The notes beneath the pieces were generated by a model that worked only from the letters and a program-made list of their open reading frames with translations, made no database searches and was not told the DNA's origin. The position numbers were made by a program, and so were the translations under genes. This document shows positions 10,020-19,751 of a stretch of DNA of 64,000 nt, piece after piece. Within the stretch, counting starts at the first letter, position 1. Every line of letters begins with the position of its first letter. This DNA is from an uncultured Alphaproteobacteria bacterium (lineage in GTDB: Bacteria > Pseudomonadota > Alphaproteobacteria > Sneathiellales > Sneathiellaceae). Location: NCBI GenBank assembly GCA_963971675.1, contig CAXASQ010000014.1, positions 2,166 to 66,165 of the forward strand, read 5' to 3'.

Positions 10020-11095
10020 CGAGACAACCCTCCCCCCAGCGTCGGAATATCAAGGGGCACAAAACCGTAATGTTTAAGCCAGCGCAGGTCCGAATCGAAA
10101 AAGGCACGCAAATCCGGAATGCCGTATTTCAGCATGGCGATACGATCGATCCCCATACCCCAGGCAAAGCCCTGATATTCCGCCGGGTCGAGGCCGCAAT
10201 GCTCCAGCACCCGGGGATTGACCATGCCGCAGCCGAGAATCTCCAGCCAGTCATCGCCCTCTCCAACCTTGATGTGATCACCTGCGAAGGTGCAGCGGAT
10301 ATCCATTTCCGCCGATGGTTCGGTGAACGGAAAGTAGGACGGGCGAAACCGCATCGTCACTTCCTCCAGCTCGAAAAACGCCTTGCAGAATTCCGCGAGC
10401 ACGCCCTTCAGATGCCCCATATGGCTGGTCTTGTCGATGACCAGCCCTTCTATCTGATGGAACATCGGGGTATGGGTCTGATCGGAATCGCTGCGGAAGG
10501 TCCGACCCGGCACAATGATCCGGTGCGGCGGGGCCTTTGATTGCATGGTGCGGATCTGCACCGTTGAGGTATGCGTCCGCAGCAACAGGCGAGAGCCATC
10601 CTCCTTCTCGGGCAGATAGAAGGTATCATGCATCTGTCGGGCAGGATGTTCCGGCGGAATATTGAGCGCCGTGAAATTGTGAAAATCATCGTCAATATCC
10701 GGGCCTTCGGCAATATCGAAGCCCATACCGGCGAAAATTTCCGTAATCTCGTCAATCACCTGGCTGATCGGATGTATCCGTCCCGCAGCTTCCGGCCGGA
10801 CCGGGAGAGTGATGTCGATCCGTTCCTTGGCGAGTTTTGCATCCAGCGCCGCATTCTGCAGGGCGGCTTTCGCCTCCTCAATCGCCTCGGTCACCGTGTT
10901 CTTCAACCGATTGAGCTGCGGGGCCACCTGCTGACGCTCGGCCGGGTCCATCTGGCCGAGACCGCGCATCATCAGGCTGACGCTGCCCTTCTTGCCAAGC
11001 GCGGAAATCCTGAGCGATTCCAGCGCCTCAAGATCCGTTATCGCGCCAATCTGGCCGAGCAATTCCTGTTCAAGCTTTTCAATATCCTGCATCAT
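10016..11095 (-). CDS. pheS: Phenylalanine--tRNA ligase alpha subunit
   Basis: Class II motifs [11 protein letters not shown] and [18 protein letters not shown]. The start was trimmed to ATG 11095 ([10 protein letters not shown]) because the track's upstream TTG start lies inside the rplT terminator hairpin. Confidence 0.9.
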   Translation of the reverse strand: MMQDIEKLEQELLGQIGAITDLEALESLRISALGKKGSVSLMMRGLGQMDPAERQQVAPQLNRLKNTVTEAIEEAKAALQNAALDAKLAKERIDITLPVRPEAAGRIHPISQVIDEITEIFAGMGFDIAEGPDIDDDFHNFTALNIPPEHPARQMHDTFYLPEKEDGSRLLLRTHTSTVQIRTMQSKAPPHRIIVPGRTFRSDSDQTHTPMFHQIEGLVIDKTSHMGHLKGVLAEFCKAFFELEEVTMRFRPSYFPFTEPSAEMDIRCTFAGDHIKVGEGDDWLEILGCGMVNPRVLEHCGLDPAEYQGFAWGMGIDRIAMLKYGIPDLRAFFDSDLRWLKHYGFVPLDIPTLGGGLSR

Positions 11096-11106
11096 GTCTC
11101 GCAAAT

Positions 11107-11137
11107 AAAAAAGGGGCCGCAAACTGGGCCCCCTTTT
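11107..11137 (-). terminator. Intrinsic terminator after rplT
   Basis: Minus strand: GGGGCC-N8-GGCCCC hairpin followed by TTTTTTATTT. It ends 11 nt before the pheS ATG. Confidence 0.7.
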
Positions 11138-11184
11138 AATAAAGTGGTCTACGAAAATGTCTAGGTTTTCGAGGGCCCGGAGTA

Positions 11185-11547
11185 TCAGGCGTTGGCGGCA
11201 GCTTTCTGGGCTGCTTCGACCAATGCCTTGAAGGCCTCAGGCTCGCGTACGGCAATATCGGCCAGAACCTTCCGGTCCAGATCGATGCCGGCCAGCTTGA
11301 GGCCGTGCATAAAGTTGCCGTAGGTCATGCCCTGCTCGCGCGAGGCGGCATTGATGCGCTGGATCCACAGGGCGCGGAAATTGCGCTTCTTGGTCCGGCG
11401 GTCGCGATAGGCATACTGACCGGCCTTTTCAACCGCCTGTACTGCCGTGCGGAAGGTGTTCTTGCGGCGGCCGTAGTAACCTTTGGCAGCCTTGATAACT
11501 TTTCTGTGGCGGGCGTGCGTGGTGACGCCGCGTTTGACACGTGCCAT
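11185..11547 (-). CDS. rplT: 50S ribosomal protein L20
   Basis: 120 aa; [30 protein letters not shown]. Confidence 0.95.
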   Translation of the reverse strand: MARVKRGVTTHARHRKVIKAAKGYYGRRKNTFRTAVQAVEKAGQYAYRDRRTKKRNFRALWIQRINAASREQGMTYGNFMHGLKLAGIDLDRKVLADIAVREPEAFKALVEAAQKAAANA

Positions 11548-11559
11548 GGATCTCTCTCC

Positions 11560-11757
11560 TTAGCCGTAAGGCATAAATTTTTTGACGATACGCGCATCCT
11601 GATCGGCAAGGATCGTGGTGCCGCGCTGATTGCGGATCTGCTTGTTGGTCCGCTTGATCATCCCATGCTGCTTGCCAGCCTGGTTCGCCCGGACTTTCCC
11701 GGAGGCGGTGAGAGAGAAACGTTTTTTCACGCTGCTCTTGGTTTTCAACTTGGGCAT
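11560..11757 (-). CDS. rpmI: 50S ribosomal protein L35
   Basis: 65 aa; [22 protein letters not shown]. Confidence 0.95.
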   Translation of the reverse strand: MPKLKTKSSVKKRFSLTASGKVRANQAGKQHGMIKRTNKQIRNQRGTTILADQDARIVKKFMPYG

Positions 11758-11841
11758 TTCTGGCTTCCTTTAATTCTCAGCATTGAAGCGAATGAGCAGA
11801 CTCGGCAGCCCCAATTGGCCGGAATGCTCAACGAAGCGAGG

Positions 11842-11870
11842 GTTATACAATCGCCTCGCGTTAAATTCAA
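11842..11870 (-). promoter_or_regulatory. Candidate sigma70 promoter for rpmI-rplT (TTGAAT-N17-TATAAC)
   Basis: The minus strand reads TTGAATttaacgcgaggcgattgTATAAC, about 85 nt upstream of the rpmI ATG. Confidence 0.45.
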
Positions 11871-11977
11871 GCCCCATCGACGGCTTTTTTACCGAGATGT
11901 CACAAACGCTTCTACCGGTCGTCCACAAGGCATCCCGGCGCGTCCCAATGCGCCCGACGCACCCAGAACGAGGCAAA

Positions 11978-13006
11978 ATGATGAGCATGCACACAGGCCG
12001 AAACTCAAGACATATTATTGTCGCCATAACACTTCTGAGCCTGCTTAGCCTGATAATCCCGACCGCGCCTGCCCGATCGTCGGAGCGCTTTTCCTTTCTC
12101 GCCATTTCGGATGTGCCCTATTCTGCCGAGGAAAGCCGCACCCTCACCCAACGCGCCTATCCGGCCATCCGGGCGAGCACTCTGCCTTTTGCCCTCTTCC
12201 TTGGGGATTTCAAGGATGCAAAAAGCACCTGCACGGATGACCTGCTGACGGAACGCCGTGATCAGATCATGGGGCTGCATCCGGGACGGGTCTTCTATAC
12301 GCCCGGCGACAATGACTGGACCGATTGCGACCGGCGCGCCATTCCTGAACCGATGTCGGAGCTTGACCGTCTTGATTTCCTGCGACGGCTGTTCTACGCC
12401 TCCCCGATGCCGCTGCCGCCGGAATGGCGCTTCTCACAGCAACCGCTTTTCCCAGAAAATATGCGCTGGCTTTACAATAATGTCCTCTTTGCGACGCTGC
12501 ACCTGGTTTCAACCAACAACGGGCGGGAAGAGATTCTTCTCGATAATGTGGCGTTTGCCCTCACCCTCACGGAGGCTAGGGACGAAGCCAATCTGCTCTG
12601 GCTCGACGCGGCGTTCACGGAGGCCGGGAGAATCGACGCTGCCGCAATTGTCATTGCGACACAGGCCGACATAACCCAGCGCAAGTATCAGACGCCCTGC
12701 ACCAGTAAAGAACGTCAGAAATGCGACGCCTTTGCCTCCATCAATCTGCGCTTGCGCTATCTCGCGGCGAGATATGCAAAGCCCGTTCTGCTGATCCATG
12801 GTGATACCAACCCCTATTGCCTCGATAACGGGTTCGGCGATATGGCGGCGCCGAAGCTCTGGCGTCTCAATTCCACCGGTGACTATTCCTTCGTCGATGC
12901 GGCAAAAATCACGGTCGACATCTCGAACAGGGCCGCCCCCTTTGCCGTCACGTCCCTGACTGAGAAAGTGGTGCCGCAATCTGAATGTAAATCTGGGGGT
13001 AAATAA
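11978..13006 (+). CDS. Secreted metallophosphoesterase-like protein (degenerate motifs)
   Basis: Start trimmed to MMSMHTGRNSRHIIVAITLLSLLSLIIPTAPA (signal-peptide-like; GAGG 5 nt upstream). Motif-like strings are AISDVPY, LGDFKD (GDxxD), PGDNDW and LIHGDTN. The assignment is tentative. Confidence 0.45.
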   Translation: MMSMHTGRNSRHIIVAITLLSLLSLIIPTAPARSSERFSFLAISDVPYSAEESRTLTQRAYPAIRASTLPFALFLGDFKDAKSTCTDDLLTERRDQIMGLHPGRVFYTPGDNDWTDCDRRAIPEPMSELDRLDFLRRLFYASPMPLPPEWRFSQQPLFPENMRWLYNNVLFATLHLVSTNNGREEILLDNVAFALTLTEARDEANLLWLDAAFTEAGRIDAAAIVIATQADITQRKYQTPCTSKERQKCDAFASINLRLRYLAARYAKPVLLIHGDTNPYCLDNGFGDMAAPKLWRLNSTGDYSFVDAAKITVDISNRAAPFAVTSLTEKVVPQSECKSGGK

Positions 13007-13010
13007 AACC

Positions 13011-13041
13011 GGCCTGCAATCCCGTCTGGAGATTGCAGGCC
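13011..13041. terminator. Hairpin shared by convergent genes (main terminator for infC)
   Basis: GGCCTGCAATC-N9-GATTGCAGGCC (11-bp stem). On the minus strand it is followed by GGTTTTATTT. Confidence 0.65.
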
Positions 13042-13073
13042 CTGTGATTCTTTCGGGGAAATTGCCCGGCCGG

Positions 13074-13610
13074 TTATTTGACCGGCGCGATGACCATGGT
13101 CATCTGGCGGCCTTCCATTTTCGGATGCTGCTCGACCTTTGCCAGCTCTTCCGTTTCTTCACGAACCCTGTTCAGGAGCTTCATGCCAAGCTCCTGATGG
13201 GCCATCTCACGCCCACGGAACCGCATGGTCAGCTTCACCTTGTCGCCAGAGTCCAGAAATTTATGCACCGCCCGCATCTTGACCTCATAATCATGCTGGT
13301 CGATGTTGGGACGCATCTTGATTTCCTTGATTTCGATGGTCTTCTGCTTTTTGCGGGCCACCGCCGCTTTTTTCTGGGCCTCGAACCGGGCGCGTCCGAA
13401 ATCCATCAGCTTGCAAACCGGCGTGTCCCCGGGGGAGACTTCCACCAGATCGAGGCCAGCTTCATCGGCCAGCCCCATGGCGGCCTGTATGGAAACCAGT
13501 CCAATATTATCGCCGTCCTCATTGATCAGACGAACGCTGGCGACATTGATATCCTCATTTGTGCGCGGCCCCTCCTTAGTGGGAACCGTATTTCTCTGTG
13601 GGCGAGCTAT
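13074..13610 (-). CDS. infC: Translation initiation factor IF-3, with non-canonical ATA start
   Basis: The track ORF (13074..13478) begins mid-protein. The frame stays open upstream and reads (ATA)[65 protein letters not shown] lies 6 nt upstream of ATA 13610-13608. Total 178 codons, the normal IF-3 size. Confidence 0.8.
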   Translation of the reverse strand: MARPQRNTVPTKEGPRTNEDINVASVRLINEDGDNIGLVSIQAAMGLADEAGLDLVEVSPGDTPVCKLMDFGRARFEAQKKAAVARKKQKTIEIKEIKMRPNIDQHDYEVKMRAVHKFLDSGDKVKLTMRFRGREMAHQELGMKLLNRVREETEELAKVEQHPKMEGRQMTMVIAPVK

Positions 13611-13724
13611 GTACTTTCTCCTTCAACAATTAATCCGTATCCCCTCCCGTCGGGAGAGTTTAACCATCATATTCTATATTTTTTAATGTTTTGTTGCCAC
13701 AGCTTCTTTGCATTACCAGACAAT

Positions 13725-15656
13725 TCATTGTCCAGGCACCTGCGCCTCAAGGGCGAGCGCGGCAATTGCCTCGTCAAGCGGCAGCACTTTCTGATGCTTG
13801 TCGCCAAGACGGCGGATCGAGATGGTTTTCTCCTCCGCCTCGCGTCTTCCGGCGACCAGCAAAACCGGTACCTTGGCCAGAGAATGCTCCCGAACCTTGT
13901 AGTTAATCTTCTCGTTACGAAGATCAAGGCTCGCCCGGAGGCCCTGCTTCTTCAGGGCCGCCAGCACCTCACGCGCATAATCGTCCGCATCATCGGTAAT
14001 GGTGGCGACAACCACCTGCTCCGGCGCCAGCCACAGCGGAAAGCGTCCGGCAAACTCCTCGATCAGGATACCGATAAACCGCTCCATCGACCCAAAGATC
14101 GCACGATGCAGCATGACGGGACGATGCTTCGCGCCATCTTCGCCGATATAGTTGGCACCAAGCCGTTCGGGCAGCACAAAGTCCACCTGCAATGTCCCGC
14201 ATTGCCAGTCGCGGCCGATGGCATCAGTCAGCACGAATTCCAGCTTCGGCCCGTAAAAAGCGCCTTCGCCGGGGTTCATGGTATAGGAAATGCCGGTCGC
14301 TTCAATCGCCTCGCGAAGGGCGCCTTCCGCCTTGTCCCAAATGCTGTCATCCCCGGCCCGCACTTCAGGACGGTCGGAGAATTTCACCTTCACCTTTTCA
14401 AAACCGAAATCCTTGTAAACCGCCAGCAGCAGTTCGCAAAAGGTTTCGGTTTCCGACATGATCTGCTCTTCGGTGCAGAAGATATGCGCATCGTCCTGCG
14501 TAAAGCCGCGCACCCGCATGATGCCATGCAGCGCGCCTGACGGCTCATAGCGATGGCAGGAACCGAACTCGGCCATGCGCAGCGGCAGATCGCGATAGCT
14601 GGTGATGCCCTGATTGAAAATCTGCACATGGCAGGGGCAGTTCATCGGCTTGAGAGCCAGGGTGCGTTCCTCGGATTCGGCGGTATACATATGCTCGCCG
14701 AATTTTTCCCAGTGACCAGACGCCTCCCATAGCTTGCGATCGACAAGCTGTGGCGTTTTCACTTCCTTGTAGCCTGCCTCTTCCAGCTTATGCCGGAGAT
14801 AGCGTTCCAGCGTGCGATACAGCGTCCAGCCCTTTTCATGCCAGAACACCATGCCGACGGCCTCTTCCTGCATATGGAACAGGTCCATCTCCCGGCCAAG
14901 CTTGCGATGATCCCGCCGCTCCGCCTCTTCCAGCCGGTGAAGATAGGCTTTCAGTTCCTTCTCGCTGCGCCAGGCGGTGCCATAGATTCGCTGCAACATT
15001 TCATTGCGGGAATCACCGCGCCAGTAAGCGCCCGCCAGCTTCATCAGCTTGAAAGCATGACCCAGCTTCTTGGTGGACGGCAGATGCGGCCCCCGACAGA
15101 GATCCTGAAACGCGCCCTGACGATAGATGCCAATGGGTTGGCCTTCCGGAATGGCGTGAATAATTTCCGCCTTGTAATGCTCCCCGGCATTTTTGAAAAA
15201 CTCGACCGCCTCGCTGCGCGTCCATTCCTCACGAACGATATCTTCGTCACGATCAACGATTTCATGCATCCGCTTCTCGATCTTTTCCAGATCATCCGGG
15301 GTAAACGGATCCTTGCGGGAAAAATCGTAATAAAAGCCATCTTCAATGGCCGGTCCGATCGTCACCTGCGTATCGGGGTAAAGCTCCTTCACCGCCTCCG
15401 CCATCACATGGGCAGCGTCATGACGCAGCAGTTCCAGCACCTCGTTATCTTCTTCGCGGGCGGTGACAATCTCGACATTTGTGTCCTGATTGAGGATCGT
15501 TTTCAGATCCTTCATTTCACCATCAATACGAAGGGCGAGCGCTGCCTTGGCGAGCCCCGGTCCGATATCCTGCGCCAACTCTGCGCCTGAAACCGGACGG
15601 TCAAAAACCCGTTTGCTTCCGTCTGGAAGCGTAATTTCCACTTGTCCGTTTACCAT
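13725..15656 (-). CDS. thrS: Threonine--tRNA ligase
   Basis: TGS domain [11 protein letters not shown]; class II motifs. The start is uncertain: ATG 15656 ([10 protein letters not shown]) is preferred, with 15671 and 15695 as alternatives. Confidence 0.9.
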   Translation of the reverse strand: MVNGQVEITLPDGSKRVFDRPVSGAELAQDIGPGLAKAALALRIDGEMKDLKTILNQDTNVEIVTAREEDNEVLELLRHDAAHVMAEAVKELYPDTQVTIGPAIEDGFYYDFSRKDPFTPDDLEKIEKRMHEIVDRDEDIVREEWTRSEAVEFFKNAGEHYKAEIIHAIPEGQPIGIYRQGAFQDLCRGPHLPSTKKLGHAFKLMKLAGAYWRGDSRNEMLQRIYGTAWRSEKELKAYLHRLEEAERRDHRKLGREMDLFHMQEEAVGMVFWHEKGWTLYRTLERYLRHKLEEAGYKEVKTPQLVDRKLWEASGHWEKFGEHMYTAESEERTLALKPMNCPCHVQIFNQGITSYRDLPLRMAEFGSCHRYEPSGALHGIMRVRGFTQDDAHIFCTEEQIMSETETFCELLLAVYKDFGFEKVKVKFSDRPEVRAGDDSIWDKAEGALREAIEATGISYTMNPGEGAFYGPKLEFVLTDAIGRDWQCGTLQVDFVLPERLGANYIGEDGAKHRPVMLHRAIFGSMERFIGILIEEFAGRFPLWLAPEQVVVATITDDADDYAREVLAALKKQGLRASLDLRNEKINYKVREHSLAKVPVLLVAGRREAEEKTISIRRLGDKHQKVLPLDEAIAALALEAQVPGQ

Positions 15657-15801
15657 TGATTTTCCATCCATTCCCTGACCGGTCCCGAACAACACCCTGT
15701 CCTGGATCGACGATCATGCCGGGACTTTAGAAAACTGGCGGGTCATGTCAAGCAATAGACGGCACCACTCCCTATTTAGTGCCGTATTTCTAGCCAGAGA
15801 C

Positions 15802-16983
15802 CTACTGCCGGAGGACATCCTGATACAACGCGAGAGTAGCATTGCACATGTGATCAACGGAAAAGCGGGTCATCACATGTTCCCGCGCCCGGAGAGCAAC
15901 GGCTTCCCGCGTCTCGGTTGGCAGCGCAATCGCTTCGCCAAGGGCCGCCGCCATGGCATCCACATCGCCGACGGGCACCAGCCAGCCGGTTTCCCCGTCG
16001 ATAACCGTTTCCATGGACCCACCATGAGCCGTCGCAATCACCGGCCGCCCCATGGCCTGCGCCTCGACCGCCACCCGGCCAAACCCTTCCGGCACGGTCG
16101 TTGCGGACACCACGACATCGGACAGCATCAGGGCGACCGCCATATCCTCGCAATGTCCCTTGATCTGCACGCGCCCCTCCAGCCCTTCCGCCTTGACGAG
16201 GGTGTTCAGCTCCTCGCAATAGGCTTCGCGGCCTTCGGTGCTGCCGACAAGAAGAGCGACAAAATCCCGATCCCTGATCCGCCCCAGCGCCTTGATAAAG
16301 GTGGTATGTCCCTTCAGCCGCGTGAGACGGCCCGGCAACATGATTACCGGCACCCCGTCCGGAAGGTCCCAGGAGCGCGCCATGTCGATGATCCGTTCGG
16401 CATGAACGGCAGCGGGGTTGAATTTCCGGCAATCCACGCCACGCGGTATGGTGACAATTTTCTCGGGCGTCACCTCGTAATTTTGACGGATATGTGCGGC
16501 GATGAAGTCGGAGATAGCGATAACCCGTTCCCCCTTCACCATGATGGCGTTATAGGCATTCTTGAAACGGCCACCGCGGGTGTAGGCCGCATGGAAGGTG
16601 GTGACGAAATGCACGCCGGTCCGCCGCGCCGCGAAATAACCGCTCCAGGCGGGGGCGCGGCTGCGCGCATGAACGATATCCACATTATGCTCGCGTATGA
16701 TGGCGGCAATGCGCCTGACGTTGCGCCACATCTCCAGCGGATTCTTGCTATCGACCGGCAGCAGGATATGCCGAACCCCCATGCGTTTCAGTTCATGCGT
16801 CATGACGCCACCGGAGGAGACAACGATGGGCAGCCACCCGTTTTCCTTCAGCGCCGACGCCATTTCAATGGTGCCGCGCTCCACCCCACCGCCATGCAAA
16901 CTTGGCAGGATTTGCAAAACTGTCGGAAGACGCCTTTCGTCAATGGCCGAAGGAGTGCTATGTTCAGGATCAAATTCGCTCAT
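15802..16983 (-). CDS. Glycosyltransferase family 4
   Basis: LQILPSLHGGGVERGT N-terminus and C-terminal EGFGRVAVEAQAMGRPVIAT (GT4 E-x7-E region). ATG at 16983 (the track's first M is TTG). Confidence 0.8.
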   Translation of the reverse strand: MSEFDPEHSTPSAIDERRLPTVLQILPSLHGGGVERGTIEMASALKENGWLPIVVSSGGVMTHELKRMGVRHILLPVDSKNPLEMWRNVRRIAAIIREHNVDIVHARSRAPAWSGYFAARRTGVHFVTTFHAAYTRGGRFKNAYNAIMVKGERVIAISDFIAAHIRQNYEVTPEKIVTIPRGVDCRKFNPAAVHAERIIDMARSWDLPDGVPVIMLPGRLTRLKGHTTFIKALGRIRDRDFVALLVGSTEGREAYCEELNTLVKAEGLEGRVQIKGHCEDMAVALMLSDVVVSATTVPEGFGRVAVEAQAMGRPVIATAHGGSMETVIDGETGWLVPVGDVDAMAAALGEAIALPTETREAVALRAREHVMTRFSVDHMCNATLALYQDVLRQ

Positions 16984-17015
16984 CAACGATATCTTTAACA
17001 GTCACTGTTACAAAA

Positions 17016-17777
17016 ATGGCAGCACCAGACACACCTAGTATGCTTCCCCGGCCCGACGGTCAATCCCTTGCCTACCATCACACGGCCGGTTTCTCTCCCG
17101 GTGTGCTTTTCTGCCCCGGTTTCATGTCCGATATGGAGGGGACCAAGGCGCTCGCTCTCGAAAAGGCGATGACCGCCCTGCATAGAGGCTACACGCGATT
17201 TGACTATATGGGGCATGGGCTGTCGACCGGCAGCTTTATTGACGGGACCATCAGCCGCTGGACCGATGATGCGCTCGCCATACTCGATGAGTGCACAGCA
17301 GGGCCACAGATTATTGTCGGCTCGTCCATGGGGGGATGGATCGGACTGCGTATGGCGCTGTTGCGCCCGGAAAGGATCGCCGGTTTTGTCGGCATTGCCG
17401 CCGCGCCAGATTTCACTACCCGCATGTGGGAAGATATGCCGCCGGAAGGAAAAGCGGACATTCAGAACAAGGGATACTGGGAACAACCGTCGGAATATTC
17501 GGAGGAGCCTTATATCATTACCCGCAAGCTGCTTGATGACGGTCCGCGTAATTTTATGCTGAATGGTCCGATAGATGTGAACTGCCCCGTCCATCTGATG
17601 CAGGGGATGCAGGATGACAGTGTGCCATGGAAAACCGCGCTGGACATACAAGCGGCGCTGATCAGTGAGGACGTGACCGTCTCGTTGATCAAAAACGGGG
17701 ATCACCGACTGTCCACCTCTGATAATATCACCAGCCTGATTCTGGCAACGGAACGCCTTTGTAGCCTCGCGCAGTAA
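17016..17777 (+). CDS. Alpha/beta-fold hydrolase
   Basis: Start trimmed to MAAPDTPSML. VLFCPGFMSD, nucleophile elbow GSSMGG, C-terminal GDHRL. Confidence 0.75.
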   Translation: MAAPDTPSMLPRPDGQSLAYHHTAGFSPGVLFCPGFMSDMEGTKALALEKAMTALHRGYTRFDYMGHGLSTGSFIDGTISRWTDDALAILDECTAGPQIIVGSSMGGWIGLRMALLRPERIAGFVGIAAAPDFTTRMWEDMPPEGKADIQNKGYWEQPSEYSEEPYIITRKLLDDGPRNFMLNGPIDVNCPVHLMQGMQDDSVPWKTALDIQAALISEDVTVSLIKNGDHRLSTSDNITSLILATERLCSLAQ

Positions 17778-17796
17778 AAAACACGGCTATTGCCGT
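17776..17796 (-). terminator. Small minus-strand intrinsic terminator abutting the hydrolase stop codon
   Basis: The minus strand reads ACGGC-AATA-GCCGT G TTTTTT. The stem is short (5 bp), so confidence is low. Confidence 0.35.
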
Positions 17797-18054
17797 AAAA
17801 GAGTCATAATCATCTTTCATCATGATAATGAAATGGTCCGCGAAATTCTTGCGAAGACCGCCTGAAATAATCGGTTGTCAGGCCATCAAACGATCCCTGT
17901 GAGCGAGGATATGTTTAGCTCAAGAAAGAGTGATCAAGATCACTGGAAATGAGCAAAAAAAACACCAGATAAAGGGTGTAGTTTGATACAGACGCTATCA
18001 TTTCTTTTGCTGATCCGTGGGAAAGTCCCCCTCTCCCATTGAAAGGCAATACGA

Positions 18055-18091
18055 AGCCGGATCGATCCCCCCTCTCGATCCGGCTTTTTTT
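18055..18091 (+). terminator. Strong plus-strand intrinsic terminator abutting the stop of the minus-strand DUF2842 gene
   Basis: AGCCGGATCGA-N9-TCGATCCGGCT (11-bp stem) followed by a T7 run. Confidence 0.75.
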
Positions 18092-18093
18092 GT

Positions 18094-18303
18094 CTATGTA
18101 CCGTCGGGCGGGGCCTGCATCCAGCGGACGATCCGGATGGCCGGGAAAACCCAGACAATTCCGGCAAGCGGATAGAAGATCAGCTCCGCAAGCTTGCTAT
18201 CGGGCAAATACTGTACGGCAACAAAGACGCAACCGGCGCAATAAAGGGTCAGCATCACCAGCAGGGCGAGAAGTCCGAAAATTTTTCGAGTGGGCATTGT
18301 CAT
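18094..18303 (-). CDS. DUF2842-family small membrane protein
   Basis: 69 aa, two TM segments, ...LAELIFYPLAGIVWVFPAIRIVRWM. This small protein is typical of alphaproteobacteria. Confidence 0.65.
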   Translation of the reverse strand: MTMPTRKIFGLLALLVMLTLYCAGCVFVAVQYLPDSKLAELIFYPLAGIVWVFPAIRIVRWMQAPPDGT

Positions 18304-18467
18304 CCAGAAATATTACACTTGTGATAAGCAGATATGTTAACCTTAAAGGTCGCCGGTTTACAGGGAAACGGCGGCAAATGCCATACTTTTGACAAAAAAC
18401 CAACGCATGCCGGACACTATCTTATGGCCAAATCCGGCATATTTAGAATGAGTAGGATTGTGAAAAT

Positions 18468-19055
18468 ATGTTTCAAAAGAAACCGAAATTGACGGACACA
18501 CCCGACAGCAACAAGGAAGCTCAATCTAATCCTGAACAGAAACTTGAAAGCAGGGTAAAACCGATGACGACTACTGGCGGAACAAGAAGCTTTGGTATTG
18601 ATAACAACTTGCGCTCAAAACCTGCGCCTTATGGCATGGCGGCAGATGAAAAGAAAGAAGGCAGCAAGCTCCATGTCGGCGCGGATATCCATCTGAAAGG
18701 CGAAATCACTTCCTGCGACCGTCTGATTGTAGAAGGCAAGGTGGAAGCCTCGATGACCAGCAAGGAAATCGAGATTAGCCAGAGCGGCGTGTTCAACGGC
18801 ACGGTCGACATTGACACGGCTGATATTTCCGGCCAGTTCGAAGGCACCATGAAAGCCCGCAAGCGCCTCGTCGTCCGCAAGACCGGACGGGTCAGTGGCG
18901 ACATCAGCTATGGCGAGATTGAAATCGAGCCAGGCGGAGAAATCGGCGGTTCCCTCAAGAAAATCGCCGGTGAGCAGGGCAGCCTGCTGAACGACATTGA
19001 AAAGGACAAGCCCAAGGAAAAGGACAGCGCCAGCGAAGACAAGGAAACGGCGTAG
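18468..19055 (+). CDS. Bactofilin-family polymer-forming cytoskeletal protein
   Basis: The core GADIHLKGEITSCDRLIVEGKVEASMTSKEIEISQSGVFNGTVDIDTADISGQFEGTM...GRVSGDISYGEIEIEPGGEIGG is a beta-helical bactofilin repeat pattern. Both tails are disordered and charged. Confidence 0.8.
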   Translation: MFQKKPKLTDTPDSNKEAQSNPEQKLESRVKPMTTTGGTRSFGIDNNLRSKPAPYGMAADEKKEGSKLHVGADIHLKGEITSCDRLIVEGKVEASMTSKEIEISQSGVFNGTVDIDTADISGQFEGTMKARKRLVVRKTGRVSGDISYGEIEIEPGGEIGGSLKKIAGEQGSLLNDIEKDKPKEKDSASEDKETA

Positions 19056-19172
19056 TCCGGCCGATCTTCGCCTTTCCGCGCAGAATAAATTTTCTGCGAC
19101 GGAATCCGTATCCCCGCCCGTATAATTGTCAGTTATGGCGAGTGGCGGGTTGATCTTCCATGGAACCATCGG

Positions 19173-19751
19173 GTGATGATGCATAGTCTGGGCGATATCG
19201 AGAAAGATGCTGAGCTTATGCAGGCCGTCGCCGGAGGGAACGCCTCTGCAAGCCGGGTTGTCGTGGATCTGTACCTGAACGGCGCATACCGGCTCGCACT
19301 GCGCATTCTCGGAGATGCCAGCCTGGCCGAAGATATGGCGCAGGAAGCTTTCATCCGGCTCTGGAAACAGGCCCCGAAATGGCAACCGAAGGCCCAGATC
19401 CGAACTTGGCTTCATCGCGTCACGCATAACCTGTGTATTGATTATTTGCGAAAGCAGAAACGTTACAGCGATGATGAGGTTCCCGAAATGGCTGATCCTG
19501 CGCCGAACGCCCTGGAGTTGAAAGCACAGAGGCAGCTTGGCGACAAAGTCACCGAAGCCCTACAGAAACTTCCGGCCCGTCAGCGCATCGCTATTTCATT
19601 GGTGCATTTCGAGGAATGTGGAAATATGGAAGCGGCGGCGATCATGGATATATCGGTAGAGGCCCTCGAATCCCTTCTCGCCAGAGGTCGGAGGAAACTC
19701 AAAGAGCTGCTATTACCGGCGCGCCGGATGCTGGATGGAGTTGAAGGATGA
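19173..19751 (+). CDS. ECF-type RNA polymerase sigma factor
   Basis: Region 2 AEDMAQEAFIRLW...TWLHRVTHNLCIDYLRK; region 4 LPARQRIAISLVHFEECGNMEAAAIMDISVEALESLLARGRRKL. The true start may be ATG 19176 or 19179. Confidence 0.85.
   Translation: MMMHSLGDIEKDAELMQAVAGGNASASRVVVDLYLNGAYRLALRILGDASLAEDMAQEAFIRLWKQAPKWQPKAQIRTWLHRVTHNLCIDYLRKQKRYSDDEVPEMADPAPNALELKAQRQLGDKVTEALQKLPARQRIAISLVHFEECGNMEAAAIMDISVEALESLLARGRRKLKELLLPARRMLDGVEG

Noticed and set aside
8451-10070. 539-aa plus-strand ORF antisense to pheT/pheS
   Set aside because: Same reasoning: it is fully embedded in conserved aminoacyl-tRNA synthetase genes and shows no protein-like motifs.
13044-14540. 498-aa plus-strand ORF spanning infC, the infC-thrS spacer and the thrS 3' end
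   Set aside because: It crosses an intergenic region and two conserved minus-strand genes, which makes it an antisense artefact.
18407-18440. Inverted repeat ATGCCGGA-N18-TCCGGCAT upstream of the bactofilin gene
   Set aside because: The arms are short and the loop long, with no supporting promoter context. It could be chance and is not reported as a regulatory site.
19101-19126. Possible autoregulated ECF promoter (GGAAT ... CGTAT) and a perfect TATAAT upstream of the ECF sigma gene
   Set aside because: The spacing between the GGAAT and CGT elements (~13 nt) does not fit ECF promoters, and no acceptable -35 partners the TATAAT. It is left uncalled.
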